From Microbotryum violaceum (lineage: Eukaryota): a stretch of DNA of 64,000 nucleotides. The notes beneath the pieces are model-generated. The model ran no database searches, was not told the DNA's origin, and saw only the letters and a program-made list of their open reading frames with translations. The position numbers and the translations under genes were made by a program. Within the stretch, counting starts at the first letter, position 1; every line of letters begins with the position of its first letter. The stretch is from NCBI GenBank assembly GCA_001244265.2, contig CDLV01000014.1:124001-188000 (forward strand). Reading direction: 5' to 3'. This document shows, in pieces, positions 10,861-24,151 of the stretch.

Positions 10861-13703
10861 AGAGAATTGATCAGTTTTCACCTCACCTCGAAAGTAACAC
10901 GTCAAGCGCTACGAACTTTGTCTTTGCATTGCTCAAACAGCTTTGTCAAGTATCCTGGTTCTGTCGGGGATGTCAACGCCAGCCTCGTCGATGTCAGTCA
11001 TGTGGGGGCGAGATTTGGACACCAAGGGCGGGCAAGAACGAACCTAGTGGCACACCCGCATTCGCCAAGGCGTGCAGCAGGCCGAATGTCCCACACGCGT
11101 TCGCAATCGTCTGCTTGAAGTAGATGATGTCGGCGACATGCTCTACGCCGTCTTCCTCGAGCGAGCGTCTTCCTCGAGTCGGGCCTTTTCGTAGGCTTCG
11201 GTAATGGGAACAAGAGGATCACGGCCTGGGAAACAAAACAGCGAGTTGTCACTGCGTAATCTCTACTGTAGATTGAAGTTCGTCTCCACTCCACCTTGAA
11301 CGGTTGCTTGACCCAGCCCAACACCTCGGCGTCCAGTCCGTAGCAGTCCTGCAGTGGACGAGTACTGGCCGAGTGGGACCACGTGTTGAACGACTCGGCG
11401 GTGAATTCGAGAGGGAGCCAGCGTTGTCGTTCTTTGGAGGCCATGGTTTTGTACGGAGCTGTTTTACCAATCGTGGCTGAGCGCGGAGGACGAAGCGCGA
11501 GAGAAGCTTCCGACGACAACGAGGAGGTCCGCGCGCACAGAGGGGAGACATAATATGTACTGACATAATGTTAGGACGTTCGCGCGTCGACGGTGAGACA
11601 GCTGAACATTAACTGAACCCTCGCGTCTAAGGTGAGACTAAACACGGTGGACTCGGACGGTCCGACAGGCTACAGCGAACGCTGGCAGTGGTGCTGCGGT
11701 TGTAGCAACTAGCAAATTTGGGCCTTTCGCAACGTTCCGGTCACTCACTACGCGTTTTTCGAACCACTGAAACTTGGGCTGTGATGAATGCGGTTTTCAA
11801 CATCATGAAACTTGGTAACAATTTGCATAACCCGTACGGAGTAGTCCAGCGCGCCGAAACCTACCACCAGCCTGGCTTTGCCGGCGCTCGGGTCCCGGAA
11901 CGCCGACGAATGCGAACTCGATCGGCGGGCTTGGACGAGAGATTCTTGGCGCGCAAACTTTTTGTGCTGACCGCATGACGACCATTTTCGACAACGGATG
12001 TAATATTCAGACTGTGATCGAATGATGATCTTGAAGAAGTCTACTTCAGGCCGCAGCTTAAGTAGGTAGAATGAGAGGAAGCAAGGAGAGCGTCATAAAT
12101 AATCAAAATTAAGCATATGTGCGAGGAAAGGTTCCTAACCAGATCCGGGGCGCCGAGAGCAATCCTTGCACGCACGTGCACTGCGGGCGCCGCTGCTTCA
12201 ACGAATCACCGTCGACGATGGGAAGGGGCGCACGGGTCGGAAGGGGTTTTGATGAGGAGCAGGGGTTAATTGAAAATGGGGGGGACCCAGTTCGGATAGT
12301 TTGGGCGATCGGCATTCGGGTCCGAGCTCAGGCCCGGCAAGGTCATGGGAGGAAGCAGAGCCTAATGAAAGGTCTTTATATCTACAAAGGACATCCGCAC
12401 AGGCTGACGGGAAGCCTTCATCCCCATCATTTCGAGCGATTCGAAGCGATCTTGAGGTAGCCGTCAAGGCGGGAGATGGGGCAGAATAACTCGGGGGCGA
12501 AACTCGATCTCGACCCGGAGCGGCGACAGGGTGAGCAGAAAGGACTAGCTCCTCGTGTGCCCAGCGGCTGCTTGTGGAAGCCGAATTCTCGTGTGCGGAA
12601 CAGTTGCCTCATTAGTCGCCAAGAGGGAAACCTAATGTCCTCGGCCTGCGCGCCGACTCTTGTAATTGTGACGGCCCAGCTTTCGGCTAGCACTCGCGCA
12701 CCTGCCCCATCGGGCGGCCCCTCACCGGGTCGGAAAGGCTCCCAGGAGCTCGAGGCGCGAACGCTGTCGCGGTCCGGTCGGGAGCGGATTCGGCACCAGT
12801 GGGACGCTTGTGGAGAACATGTGGATAGGCACCTACCTGTCAGCTGATCTACAGGCCCAAGGCGGGGCTCCTTGGTTTCCTGCCCCGGTTGATAACACCC
12901 CTCAATCGATGCACGCCCGAGTTGGAGCAAGTGAGTCTGAGGCTCATCCCAGCGTGCTTACCAGCCTACGCCTCGCTACCAGACGTCAGCCGATTGCGAT
13001 CGAAACCCGTATTCTCGATTTCAGTATCTCTTGAGTTGGGTACAAATCTACAACTGATATTCACATTTTAATTTCAAACTAGGACCGATCTCTTGTCCCC
13101 ACTTTGTTGGCAGTGTAGCAGCTTGTGTGAAACCCGCGATCATCTATCTTCATTCAGCCGGAGCAACTCTGATTTCGATCAGTTCGCAAAGCCGGAAAGT
13201 TTCGATCAGCGCACGGTCCTCGAGTCATGCCTTGCCTACACAATCATCGGAAATCATCGGAAACGGCTCTAGTATCAAATGTAAAAGAAACATGGATCGA
13301 TGGACAGCCATGACGTCATCGAATTTCGGTAGGGAGAAAAGAACTCGGCGCCCATGCATTGACGACGCCAGCGCCCCAGCTCCCTCCCACACATTTGCTT
13401 GGACTTGGAGCGGGAGAAGTGCCCATTCGGGTAGGTCGTGCCTGGCACGCGCTGCCGCCCGCCCGGGTTCCGGCGTGAGCTGGAGCACAAAGCTCGCGCC
13501 TGTCTTTAATTCCATGACATCAATATTGTTCTCCTTTTCTCATACTGCGTACACGTACTTCAAAGACATCCAAATGTGAGTATACAGGGCGAAGTGTTGG
13601 CTTTTTCACTCTCTCCTTCCTTCTCATACCCTCTCCCATCATCTTTCCAAGACTTTCCAGCTCCCCACCCCCACCTTCACCGACCCCTTTCACTCGAGTC
13701 AGA

Positions 13704-14896
13704 ATGTTCTCCGCTCGCTCCGGTGTCATCGCCGCGACCTTGCTCGTCCTCCAATCGACTCGCTCGATTGCAGCTCCCCTATCGGACAACGCTGTGCATG
13801 GGCTCGAGAAGCGCATCACTTGCCACACCAACGAGATCGCCGTCGGTGAGTCTGGTTCTACCTCCTAAGCTCCCCTACTCTCCTCTGCGCTTCCGGCTCG
13901 GTTGCCTTGCATGTCCCTCATCTACTCGCCCCTAGGTCCATTACTCTTTAAACCTATCCGACCAATGATGCCACCATTCAGTGTACTCACCGCTCGACCG
14001 TTGCTCACTTCCCTCTTCTCCACACAGACAATGCTTGCGTTTCTTGCGCTTCTCTTTACACGAACGCCTCGACCTGCTCTCGATCCGTCCCTTTGACGTG
14101 CACGTACGGTGTGGTCAACTCTGCCCGCAAGTGAGTGAAGAGCACCGGTTCCGCCATTCTGTAACTAGATTGAAAGACCCTCTGTCCTGAGTCTGACCCT
14201 CGGTTCGCTGCTTTGTCACTCAGGTGCGCGGCCGTGAATTGCACCGCCGAGCCCGGAACCTACCTCAGCGCCGATGGTGAGTATTTGCCTTCTCCAGTTG
14301 TTTTGACTTCCTCAACCTCAGATCACCAGTGGGCTGATACGCAATGTCACTTGCGGCTTCCCTCACAGGCAAGCAATGCGCGGACTGCGCCGACCCCAAT
14401 GCGTTGACCTGCACCAACACGACGACCCTCACCTGCGCCCAAGACTACACGCTCGTCGCCAATGAATGCATTTACGGCACCCCTTACGGCCAGTTCACCG
14501 GCTATGGCTTGGCCAAGCCCTATTTGGCCAAGCAACAGCCCTTCAAGGCCATCACGGCTGAAGACGGTGACCCGCAAAACTGCGCACGCGCCCAACCCAA
14601 GGCCCGCGGTAAGTCGTGTTCGGTTTTGCATGCGCGTTTTCCTCCACCTTCCACGTATCCTTACGGAGTTCTTCTCGGTCGCAGTCATCTTCTTCATCGG
14701 TAACTCGTTCAACCCCGCTACCTGCACTGGCCAGAACGGAGCTCTTGACCAGAACATCTTGAAGACCAACGACCCGACCTCGGCGGTCTTGCTCAAGGGC
14801 AACTGCACCGAGCTCGCCAGGAGCCCTTTCGTTACGGCGCAGAAGGCCGGTCCCGCCTGCCAACAGGTGTTCATCGGCCCCGACCAAGCCCTCTGA
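13704..14896 (+). CDS. Secreted cysteine-rich protein (249 aa, 16 Cys, signal peptide plus LEKR Kex2-type site); intact family copy 1
   Basis: Five exons (13704-13845, 14028-14130, 14224-14276, 14369-14608, 14685-14896) total 750 nt and are open, with all GT-AG introns. The product starts MFSARSGVIAATLLVLQSTRSIAAPLSDNAVHGLEKRITC. The paralog at 51556-52786 has the same exon structure. Confidence 0.9.
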
Positions 14897-15468
14897 ACGC
14901 TCTCATTCCTCATCAAAGTCACTAAGCGAGCGCTTGGAGATGACTTCTTTCAACCACCGTTTCCCTGTTCCCCATAACCCGTCTCTACACTTCCTGAAAC
15001 CAAATGGTAACATGTATCCAGTAGTTTATACACACCTTATAACTTTAGTAATTGATTTTGCAACGGAATTTGCGTCTCTGCCTTTGGGCAGATCGATGCC
15101 CATCCAACATCCTACATGTCACATTTATTTATCTCCTGAGAGACTGTGAGAAGCTAGCCGCGCATCGGAATGGCTCCTAGGCCCACCTGACACACCCATT
15201 TAGTATAGCCCCTGCATGGACACTACCTGCCTCAGCAATCCACATGCTTGTGAGAGAATGTACAAATGCAAACTTTTCGTCTCGCTCGTCCATTTCTCTG
15301 CCATCTCGCATCTTTCCACAGCGCGACTAATTACCAGCCCTAAGCTCAGCGCTCAGCTCAGCGCTCAGCTCAGCGCTGTCAGTAGCCAGTCGGAATTGCG
15401 CCGCCGCGGGAGAAAGGTTTGGACTCGGGGAGGTGGGCCATTCGCGTGCGGGCCATGGCTGCCACGGT

Positions 15469-16002
15469 CCCTTGTACCGATGGCAACGCCTTGACCGGCA
15501 ACAGCACTACAGTCTTCAATTGCCAGGCCAACTACACCCTCTTCGATAACCAGTGCGAGTACGGTTTTCCTTACGCTCTATTTCCTGGCTACGGCCTGAG
15601 CAAACCTTTTGCGGCCAAGCAACAACCATTCGGCCCCTTCACCCCCGATCACCAGAACACGGAATTATGCGCCATCACCCATCCCAAAGCCCGCGGTGAG
15701 CCCCCGAAAGTCTTACTGGACTGGCATAGCGTCCGAATGGTTTTTGGTTTTATGTCTTACTCACCGGTTCCTTGATATTTCTCTTCAGTCATCTTCTTCA
15801 TCGGCTTCTCCTTCAACCCCGCGACTTGCTCGGGCCAGAATGTCCGCTCGACCAAGATCTCGCCAGAGTAACGGACACGTCCGGCTACGTCCTGCTGAAG
15901 GGACTCTGCTCCGACGGCCTGAAACGCTCCTTCGTCAGTGCCAACAAGGCCGGGCCCGCTTGCAAACAAGTGTTTATCTCACCCAACGACACCGTTATCT
16001 GA
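15469..16002 (+). pseudogene. Cys-rich secreted family copy 2, 5'-truncated and frameshifted
   Basis: Only the exon 4 and exon 5 homologs are present (PCTDGNALTG...YGLSKPFAAKQQPF...HPKAR|VIFFIGFSFNPATCSGQN). A 1-nt frameshift near 15843 precedes LDQDL...KAGPACKQVFISP*. No signal-peptide exon is seen upstream. Confidence 0.85.
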
Positions 16003-16592
16003 AATTAGCTCCGAGCAGAAGCAATGTGGTCGCCGTGGTCCTGTACCTTCGAGCACCTCGCTCCTCTATCAACCCATGTACAGAATCAGCTTCCGTCCCG
16101 CGTTCTTGTATGTCCAGTCTTGTCTGACTTCCCTGTAGTACATCTTGATGAGAGCTCGGATTGAGTGGGACATGCCAGACAGTCGCAGTCTCCCTGGCCC
16201 TTAGGCTTTCAGGCCTCGGCCCGCGGCGCCTCTGTGGGTGCAGCGGAGGGCTCGGATATTCCCTGTCTTCTCGGGCGCACGACGGCACATGCGTGTCTGT
16301 TCCTCCTGAGTTCCATATCTCGTCAAAGCTACGTGGCCAGAGTGTGTATTGCTGTGAGTGTACGTCTTCTGGTTTTCAGGGGCGCAGCAGCCCCCGCCAG
16401 CTCCCTTCAAAGCCCGAAACATCTAGAGGAGCTCAAGTTAGCTTCGAGCTCTTCACCTCATCGTCACTTGACAGCCTGGGTGATCTGCTCGCGCAAGCTC
16501 GCAGGGGAATGTAGACCAGTCAGGATAGGATAAGGTCTTTTGGCCGCCTCACTTGATCCTGTGGAGTGGTAGTTGTCGCAGAAATGTTCTCA

Positions 16593-16826
16593 AGTGGAAT
16601 CTGATGATGACCACGACTCAGTCCAGTGAACAGGGACGAGAACAGAGTGGCCAGAGACTAAGAGACAGACTCGCGGAAGGCTAGAAAGTGAAGCGTAAAG
16701 CTAATAAGGAAAGATAATAGAGACTAGTAAAGTAGGGAGATTGAGTGACTAAGGAGTGAAGGACACGCCGCTAGGCTCAATCCTAAGTACCATAATAGGA
16801 ACGATAATCAGATGAAGGATGGAACA
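16593..16826. repeat. Possible degenerate solo LTR
   Basis: A compositionally distinct purine-rich block, rich in TAG/TAA and ending in GGAACA, similar in style to the LTR at 1808-1929. The left terminus and TSD are not clean. Confidence 0.25.
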
Positions 16827-17246
16827 ACCCATATGACCATATACGAATGACAGTGGTTTCCGTGCGCAACGCTTGGAACTGCAAGCTTGTGCGAACGGGG
16901 GACCCAGAGCAGGTGCGCAGCCGCCACCCTGCACGCCATTTTGAGCCGAGCACTCATGGGGCCTTTGATCGCCCTCGAGCAATCAGCGTTGACCACCGAA
17001 ACGTCCTTCGAGGTGGTAGCAGACTATTTGCCCGACTTCAGGACGGAAGGGAAGGACTACCTACAGGCCGCTACAGGTCGCTTCGCAAAAGAGAGTTTGA
17101 AAGTCTTCTAATTCGCATGGTCTTCAACAAGATCTTCCTACTTTGGTGTTGCACATATGTTCGCATCCTAATTACGTCCACAAGACCCAAAATAATTCTT
17201 CCTACAACCGCAAATTGCACGACTGGTATGCATCCCTTTCCTCTTT

Positions 17247-20200
17247 CTACTTCTTCCTCGCGAATTGCTCGGCCCGCCGTGCCTTGACCCATGCCAAAGC
17301 TTGCCGGCTCGGATCGGTCGGGCATACCCGAACCAACTCGGTCAGATCGGCTACGGCTCGATCCCATAGGCCCAACAAGGCGAGTGCGTTCCCACGTCGG
17401 TACAAGGCTTTGACGCATCCTGGGTCGAGTGCGAGCGCAAAAGTGCAGTCCGAAACGGCTTCCGAGAAGTGCGCGCGACCGCCGATCTTGAGACGAGCGG
17501 CGGCGGTGTTGGTCCAGTACGTCGAATCGGTGGGGTCAATTAACGACGCCGTGGCGAAGCACGTTAGGGACTCGGCCCATTCCGAAGCAGCAAAGTGTTG
17601 ATTCCCCTGCATCGACGACCGGCAGCATATCAGTCCCGCACAAATTATCGTCGAATCTCACCACCTGGAGAACGAACTCACCAATTGCTTTTGCTCATCC
17701 GCAACTCCGGCATTCAGTTCGGCACCTTTGATCACCTGCTTCACTCCCAGCTTGATCAACCGGTCCCATTCCTTCAGCGAGCGCTTGTCCTCGGGTATGT
17801 TGACGACCTCCTGCATCGTCATGCGCGCATCCGTTTCGGCCCTCGTCGTCCCATCGCGACTCAACCGCAGCGCCCAGTCGAGCAATCGAACCCCTCCGAG
17901 CTGCGCCATCAAGGTGGTCAAGTCATCGGCGAGCGCATAAGGTTGCTGCGAGATCATGCGGTCGATCGCTGTATCGAACGCGTCGCTCCAAGCGAACAAG
18001 AAATCGGCAACACGGTACTGTCGTTCGGTGCCGTGCCATTCGGGACCGGACAGTTTGCCTTCCCGCAATTGCGTGTGACACCACTTGATGAAGGTCTGTT
18101 GATGCATCGCACCGAGTTCGATCGGTTCGTTACGATCGGCCTGTTCGCATTCTGTCAAGCGTTGATGCGCCGTCGCGAGCACTTCGGGGTGATTCGATAA
18201 ACGGCACGCGCAGACTTCACCGAGCTGCGCGCGAAAGACGTCCATCAATTTGCGCAAGGCCACGGCCAAGACGCGCTGGGTGAACGCCTGCACGTCCTCT
18301 TGTTGCAAGCTGGACCACATGCTCGCCATGCCGATTTTGGGGTCAGCGAGCTGGGTCATCACGTCGTCCATCTCGAGAGGATCGGCATCCGCGTCCGCCA
18401 TCTTGCCCCCTGAGAGCAAATACTGCTTGGCGAATCGATCGCGCACGGCTTCGAGTGGGACGGCGAGGTTATCGATCAGTTCGTACTTGAACGCCGAGAC
18501 ACACACCTCAACGAGGAGCATGTCGAGTTGGTCCCAGACGATGAAGTTGGGCGTGTCGCCTGTGCATCGATCGAGCGAACAGCACTTGGGAATGAAGCGT
18601 TGGGATCCGACAATACGGCTCAGGTTGATGCAGCCGTCGGCGAAAACGGTGGCGGCGCTGGCGTCGACGTAAGGTGGTAAGGTCGAGGCTTGAGTGGTAT
18701 CGGAAGGCTTAGGCATCGGCAGGCCCATGCCTTTGTTCATGGCTGCAATCAATCTGTCGGTCTTTGGAAGTATCGAAGCGGATTTTTGAGCCTGCGCAAA
18801 GCTGGCCACGGATGCCAGAGGCTTGGCGAGGGAAGTCTTGTCCTCGCTGGCGGCCTTCTTCTTCTTCTTCTTCTTCGATCCGGACCCAGTGCTGTTCGAA
18901 GACATCACAGCAGGCGTGTCTATTGGCGCGGCCGTCCGACGGGTCGTAGAAGGGGTCTGAGTCGGCGGAGGCGAAGGCTCTGCGAGCTTGGGGCTCGGCT
19001 TCGACACGGACGCATCGGCAATTACGGGAAGCGGTTTGATACCAACATCTGGCTGAGGTCTGCCGGGCTTACTTTGTGCCAGATCCGCCGCAACCTTCTT
19101 TTGAACAGGTGCGGGCACCGGGACGGATGCCGTAGTCGATGCCGGGACCGGAGGCGGGTGGGAAGGAGCTGGCCTGACCGGGATTTCCTCCTCCTTTGTC
19201 AGCTTTTTCTGCGTCGCAGTAGCGATGGGCTGGGATCGCTCAAGTGGGGGAAGCGGTTCATCGATGGGGTGCAACGAAGCGTTCGAGGTGTTGGTCGAAG
19301 CCGACAAGGAGCGTTGCGCCAACACGGGCCCCATCGTTCGGTCGATCAACGCAGCCGCACACGCGGCGCACCCATGTTCGCCGTGGTGCTCGTACTCTTC
19401 GCCTTCGTCGTCGTAGGTGGGTTCGTAGGGCTGACGTCGGCTTCGAAGGGGCGAACCATGCCGGGGAGGTGAAGGAGGCGGAGTATGTAGCGAAGCCGCA
19501 GCGGTCGCGTGCTTCTGCTTGAGTGAAGCCACGGGGGATGCAGCGCGAGAAGTGGATTTGGTTGACGAAACGGGCGACATCGCTCGCTGAGGTAGACTCG
19601 GCACAGCAATTCCACGGGGTCCGTAGCGGGCAGGTGATCGACTCGAAGGAAGGAGTGGAACGGCTTTGGCCTTTCCTTTGGCGGACTGGACCGAGGGTGA
19701 AACGGCTCGAGGTGCGGTGGCAGCGAACGGATCGTTGACGTTGGAAAAGAGCAAGTCCTTTGATGACCCTTGTCGCATGGTGAGCTCCTCGGACTTATTC
19801 TTTGCCGGTTCCGCGATTTCCGCATTCGTCGACATCGTTGCACTCGAAGAGACCGATAAGCCAAGGGCTTTGGCAGCGGCTCCGATATTCCCATTCGCCA
19901 ACCCTTCGGTTGCAGCCGCTCTCGCGATCCTCTCCTGCTCCCTCGCAACTGCGAGCTCAGCCTCCCGATTGACGAGCGTCTGGATCGCCGCCTCGAGCGT
20001 CGCTCGTTCCTTCTTGAGTTGCTCGCTGCGTCGTTTGGTCTCTGCTCGTTCGTCTTCCTTTCTCGACGTCGCGCTTTCCTCATTGGCCCACCCGAGCTGC
20101 TCCGCGATGATCTCCCCCCGTCGAGCGCGCTTCTTTTCAAGCAAAGTCGCGATCCTTTCTCGCTCTTGCTTTTCCGAAACCCGGGCCTTGACGCGAGCTA

Positions 20201-21362
20201 TCAATTCCGAGGGTCGCTTAGCCGCACAAAAGTCCTAAATGCGGGATCCAGCTCGTCGCGTAAGATCAGCGTCTCTTGCTTTGGTGTGCCTCCTCTTTTC
20301 CTGACGAACCAGACTGACCATGATCTGAATGAGGTTCTGTCCGCCCACGTCACCGACGCCAAGCAACCCTTTGCACGCACCCGGGCCAAAACATTCCTCA
20401 AAGTCCTCGGCGACGAGTTGCAGCAATTGTAGGGGTTGCGAGATGGAATCGAGGAAGATGTTGTACTCGGTCGAAAAAGAGGGATCGGAGACAACTTCTT
20501 CGGCCTGGGAGCCCAGAAACACACAATGATCAGTTTTGTGGAAAGACCGCAGAGAAGGCTGAAGAGTAGTTGTAACTGACTAGATCCTTGCACATCGCAT
20601 GATAAGCAGCCGAAGCCCTCCGGACCTGGGGTCGCCATACGGAGGCCTGCTTCCACGCGGGACCACTCAGCGCGCCAGCAGCGATCAACGAGCGGATCGA
20701 GTTGAGCAGCGGTTGAGGTGACGGTCGTTCGCGCGGAGGGCACACGGGGAAGGCGTGCTTGAGCGGTGCCGACTTGAGCATCGCCAGTCCGGTCGGGGTG
20801 ATGAGCGTGTGGAGGCACGGCATCGGCGACGACTTGTTGTACTTGAGCTGGCAGGGGAAGTAAAAAACGTTAGAGCTGCTATACACCATCCAGAGCGGAC
20901 ATGTTGACCTACCTGAGAAATGATGCCCTCGTAGGCCATGCTCATACCTGAGCTGAAGCCGACCTCTCGCAGGCTGGTCGCCCACGCCTCGTCGTCCTGG
21001 TTAAGAGCGGCGACGATGACGCTCTTGATCGCGCCCCGACCGACGAGAAGGTTCAGCTCTTCGACGACCTCGGTTGGTGTCCTGCCTTGCTCGAAGCCGG
21101 TCAGGAGCCACGCGTCGACGGTCGCGTTGACATGAAGCCAGTCGAGGATCTCGGACACGCCGAGGTAGCGCAACGAGGTGGCGAAGAAGGTCGAGAACAA
21201 GGTCGACAACGCCTGGGCAACTTGATCATGCAGCTGGGATCCGGGTGCGGGGAGAGGTACACCTGGTTGCTGACAGGACGACACTGAGCAATGGGCCTCA
21301 CGCCCGAGACCAAAAGGTAAAGGCCCGCGAGTCGTCGTCGCATCGACGTTCTTGCTCGCCAT
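17247..21362 (-). CDS. Large uncharacterised protein with coiled coil, Pro/Ser-rich linker and C-terminal TPR domain
   Basis: ORFs 20685-21383, 20530-20985, 20235-20522, 17658-20204 and 17247-17612 can be joined through GT-AG introns. The last exon reads QGNQHFAASEWAESLTCF...YWTNTAAARLK...AVSDCTFALALDPGCVKALYRRGNAL, which is three TPR units. Confidence 0.8.
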
Positions 21363-22071
21363 GCCGGACCAATTTGGAAACAAAGAAAAAACTTTGTCCC
21401 AGTTGGAATCGGGGAGTAGAATGAGGTGATGTTTCCTTCGAAACGGCTTGATTGGCCTGCCAGAAGGGACTGGGAATGCGATGAAACGAGTGATCGATCG
21501 CGCAAAGACGAACTACTAACGAGAGAGAAGTGGCGAGGGACGACGATGAGGGGTTGTACACCGTCAAGTCGTCCCAGTCCTTCTAGGGGGTGGGGGGTTC
21601 GAGAAAGGGGGTGACGTGCTGATTGGCAGTGCGACAGGAGGTGAGGCTCCCGCTGTTCAGGTGCTGCACAGGTCGCCGTGCAAATACCCGCGGACGGTCG
21701 TCGTCAACACTCGACTTGGCAGGATAGATCGTGGGGTGAGCCCGTGGCCGTGGCCGTGCGACGTCGTACGAACCCGGTCCAGGCAGCCCAGAGCGAGAAG
21801 TCGCACAGAGAGGAGTGAAGAGCAGAGCCAGAGCCAGAGGCGCCAGAGCCAGAGCTCCAGAGGCCGGCCGTGCCAGGTCGTGCCGTGCCGCGCGGAGAAC
21901 AAACAGCCCGTGAGAGCGATTTAGCAGTGGCACACGGTACGACGTATGACTAATACTCCAGCGCACGCAGTTCTCTACTCCAACGCACGCAGTCCTCTTC
22001 AAGGTGGGCGACAAATATATCCGACTGCGCTTTCAACTAATAATCACTCCAACCATCCTATCACGTCCCCT

Positions 22072-23508
22072 TCACTTTTTCGGCTCGGGGAACGCAGCAC
22101 GGTCCTTGGCCTCAAACTCTGCCTGGAAATCGCGGATGTGGCTCGGCACCTCCTTGCAACTATACGACGAAGGTTGGGGGTCACCGGCAACCATCTTGAA
22201 AGGCCTGCAGTCGGTGGGAGACATCAAGTATCAAATAATGATGCGTTTGGATGCGTGAGTCACTTGGCGAGTCGTTCGTCCCGACTCACAATATGCCAGT
22301 CCAGGTTTTCGTGACAAGCTCCTCGTTATTGAGATCCTAGTTTCAGTACAGAAATCAAACCGAGGAGAATCATGCTCGTCAGTCCTCGTATTTCTCTGCT
22401 CTCGAGACTTTGTTTCCGCTCACTAACCTTGGCTTCGTCATTCGGGCCCGTCTCATTAACCTTTGCACTCGCACTCTCGACCCGGAGCCTAATCACGCCC
22501 GTGGCCTTCATCTCGGCACTGGTCGGAGACGAGCGCGTATTCTCCCACCGTTGCGAGCATATCGCGTTCGTCGTGACGTGCAAGGCATGAACTTTGGCCG
22601 CTTCCACGTCCCCGTCGTACGATTCCGAGAAGGGGAAGGTCGTGCCGTGTAGAACCGCCGAACGATATCGCACCGAGTGGTGAAATCTGTTGAGCCGACG
22701 GCGGAAAAAAATTAGTAAGGAGATCGAAGTAATATTTGATCTAGCCCGGTTTGAACCTACGGAGTTAAAGACATGACGAACGCGTCGACCAGAGTTGCGG
22801 TGATACATAGGGGCTCTGCGGGGCAAGAAAAAAGAATTTGAGTCAGACCATGCATGCACTCCAATATCCCAAGACAGGTTGACGACCTCACCTCCCTCTC
22901 CGTTATTCTTCATAATTCGAGTGACGGATGAACCTACATTGATTGAAATAAAGAAATACGATGATAGCATGATGAGTGATCGGCAGGTCATGAAGCCCAA
23001 TGAGCCCTGCTCGGATTCCGAAGAATGTCGCAGGCCGACCGGTCGACCGGCAACTCGCGATAGCCCCAGCCAATCCTCGCGCCCCACTCATACAACAGCG
23101 CCACACGCAGTTAGAATTACCATGAAGGTACACAAACACCTCGCCGTCTTCGGTCTCCTCGATCGCTGCGACCATGGGCACGCACTGAGGCAGTCCGTCG
23201 CGGTCGACGAAAGCGACGTGCACGACCGGCACCGCGCGCACGATCGCAAAAATCAAGCGCTTGTCATAGTGGCCTCGCTTTGCATACCTGTGACGCGTGA
23301 GAGATGAGAGGAGGAAATACGAAAGGGGATGGCTTGGAAGGTCAGCTCAGCAGCGGAGGCGCACGAAGCCGACCGCGGAGGATTGTCGTGTGGGGTAATG
23401 AGACGATCACGAGTTGAGGCCGTGACGACTCATCAGATAGTGGACAAGTCGTACTCACTTGACAGTGTTGAGCTTGGTCTTTTCGAAGTGGGTCTCTTCG
23501 TTCAACAT
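22072..23508 (-). CDS. Pyridoxamine 5'-phosphate oxidase-like flavin-nucleotide-binding protein (NimA-like split barrel)
   Basis: Motifs KRGHYD...VVHVAFVD...PQCVPM...[50 protein letters not shown] and TWTGI are spread over many short exons. Internal boundaries are unresolved. Confidence 0.82.
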
Positions 23509-24151
23509 GTCGCTCAAGGTAGGTAAGAACCGCGAAAGGTGATGTAAGAAGCAAAGAGGCAACAGCCAGTTTCGGTCACGAAACTGACCGAGTCGGACTC
23601 GCGCTGATTGGACCTCGGGCCGGCGCGCGTGAAGCGTCTGGCCCGACACTTTTGACTCGAAGCATTACTATCCGCCTCTAAATCTGCACGGACTTATCCG
23701 TCACCCCGTTTGGAACGCTGTTACCCGAAATTTCGAATCAGGTTGTTGACCGATCCGTGGGCTCGGAAGTGTAGCTGCAACACACCCGCATTCCCGCCGC
23801 GACATTTTCCCGGGCGCGCAAAGAGTCGTCGCCGTCCCGTGACAACGCCGCAATACAGAGATTCGAGGATCCAATCATCGAGCATTGCAAAAGAAGAACT
23901 ACAGTCAACTCCAAGGCCCATCAAGAAAGCCAACACATAACCATCTTGCCCCAAAAGTCTTTCGCTCTCTCTACAATGCGCTCTGAAACGTTCCACTGCT
24001 TTCACACACTACTGACAGGATTCCGATGCGCCAAAAGGGGGGATTTTGGGTGGTTTGATAGCGCAGACGAATCGTTTTTGGTACAACGGGTTGATTGATG
24101 GGCCTTCCTTTTTGATGTGTGTGTGATACGATCGCTGATAGGGAGAGTACG

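Noticed and set aside
12109..12135. TTAAGCATAT...GAGGAAA resembling the 28S rRNA 5' region
   Set aside because: The match is only about 10 nt, with no flanking rRNA similarity.
15344..15377. Short tandem repeats as a CRISPR-like array
   Set aside because: No unique spacers, eukaryotic context and no cas genes.
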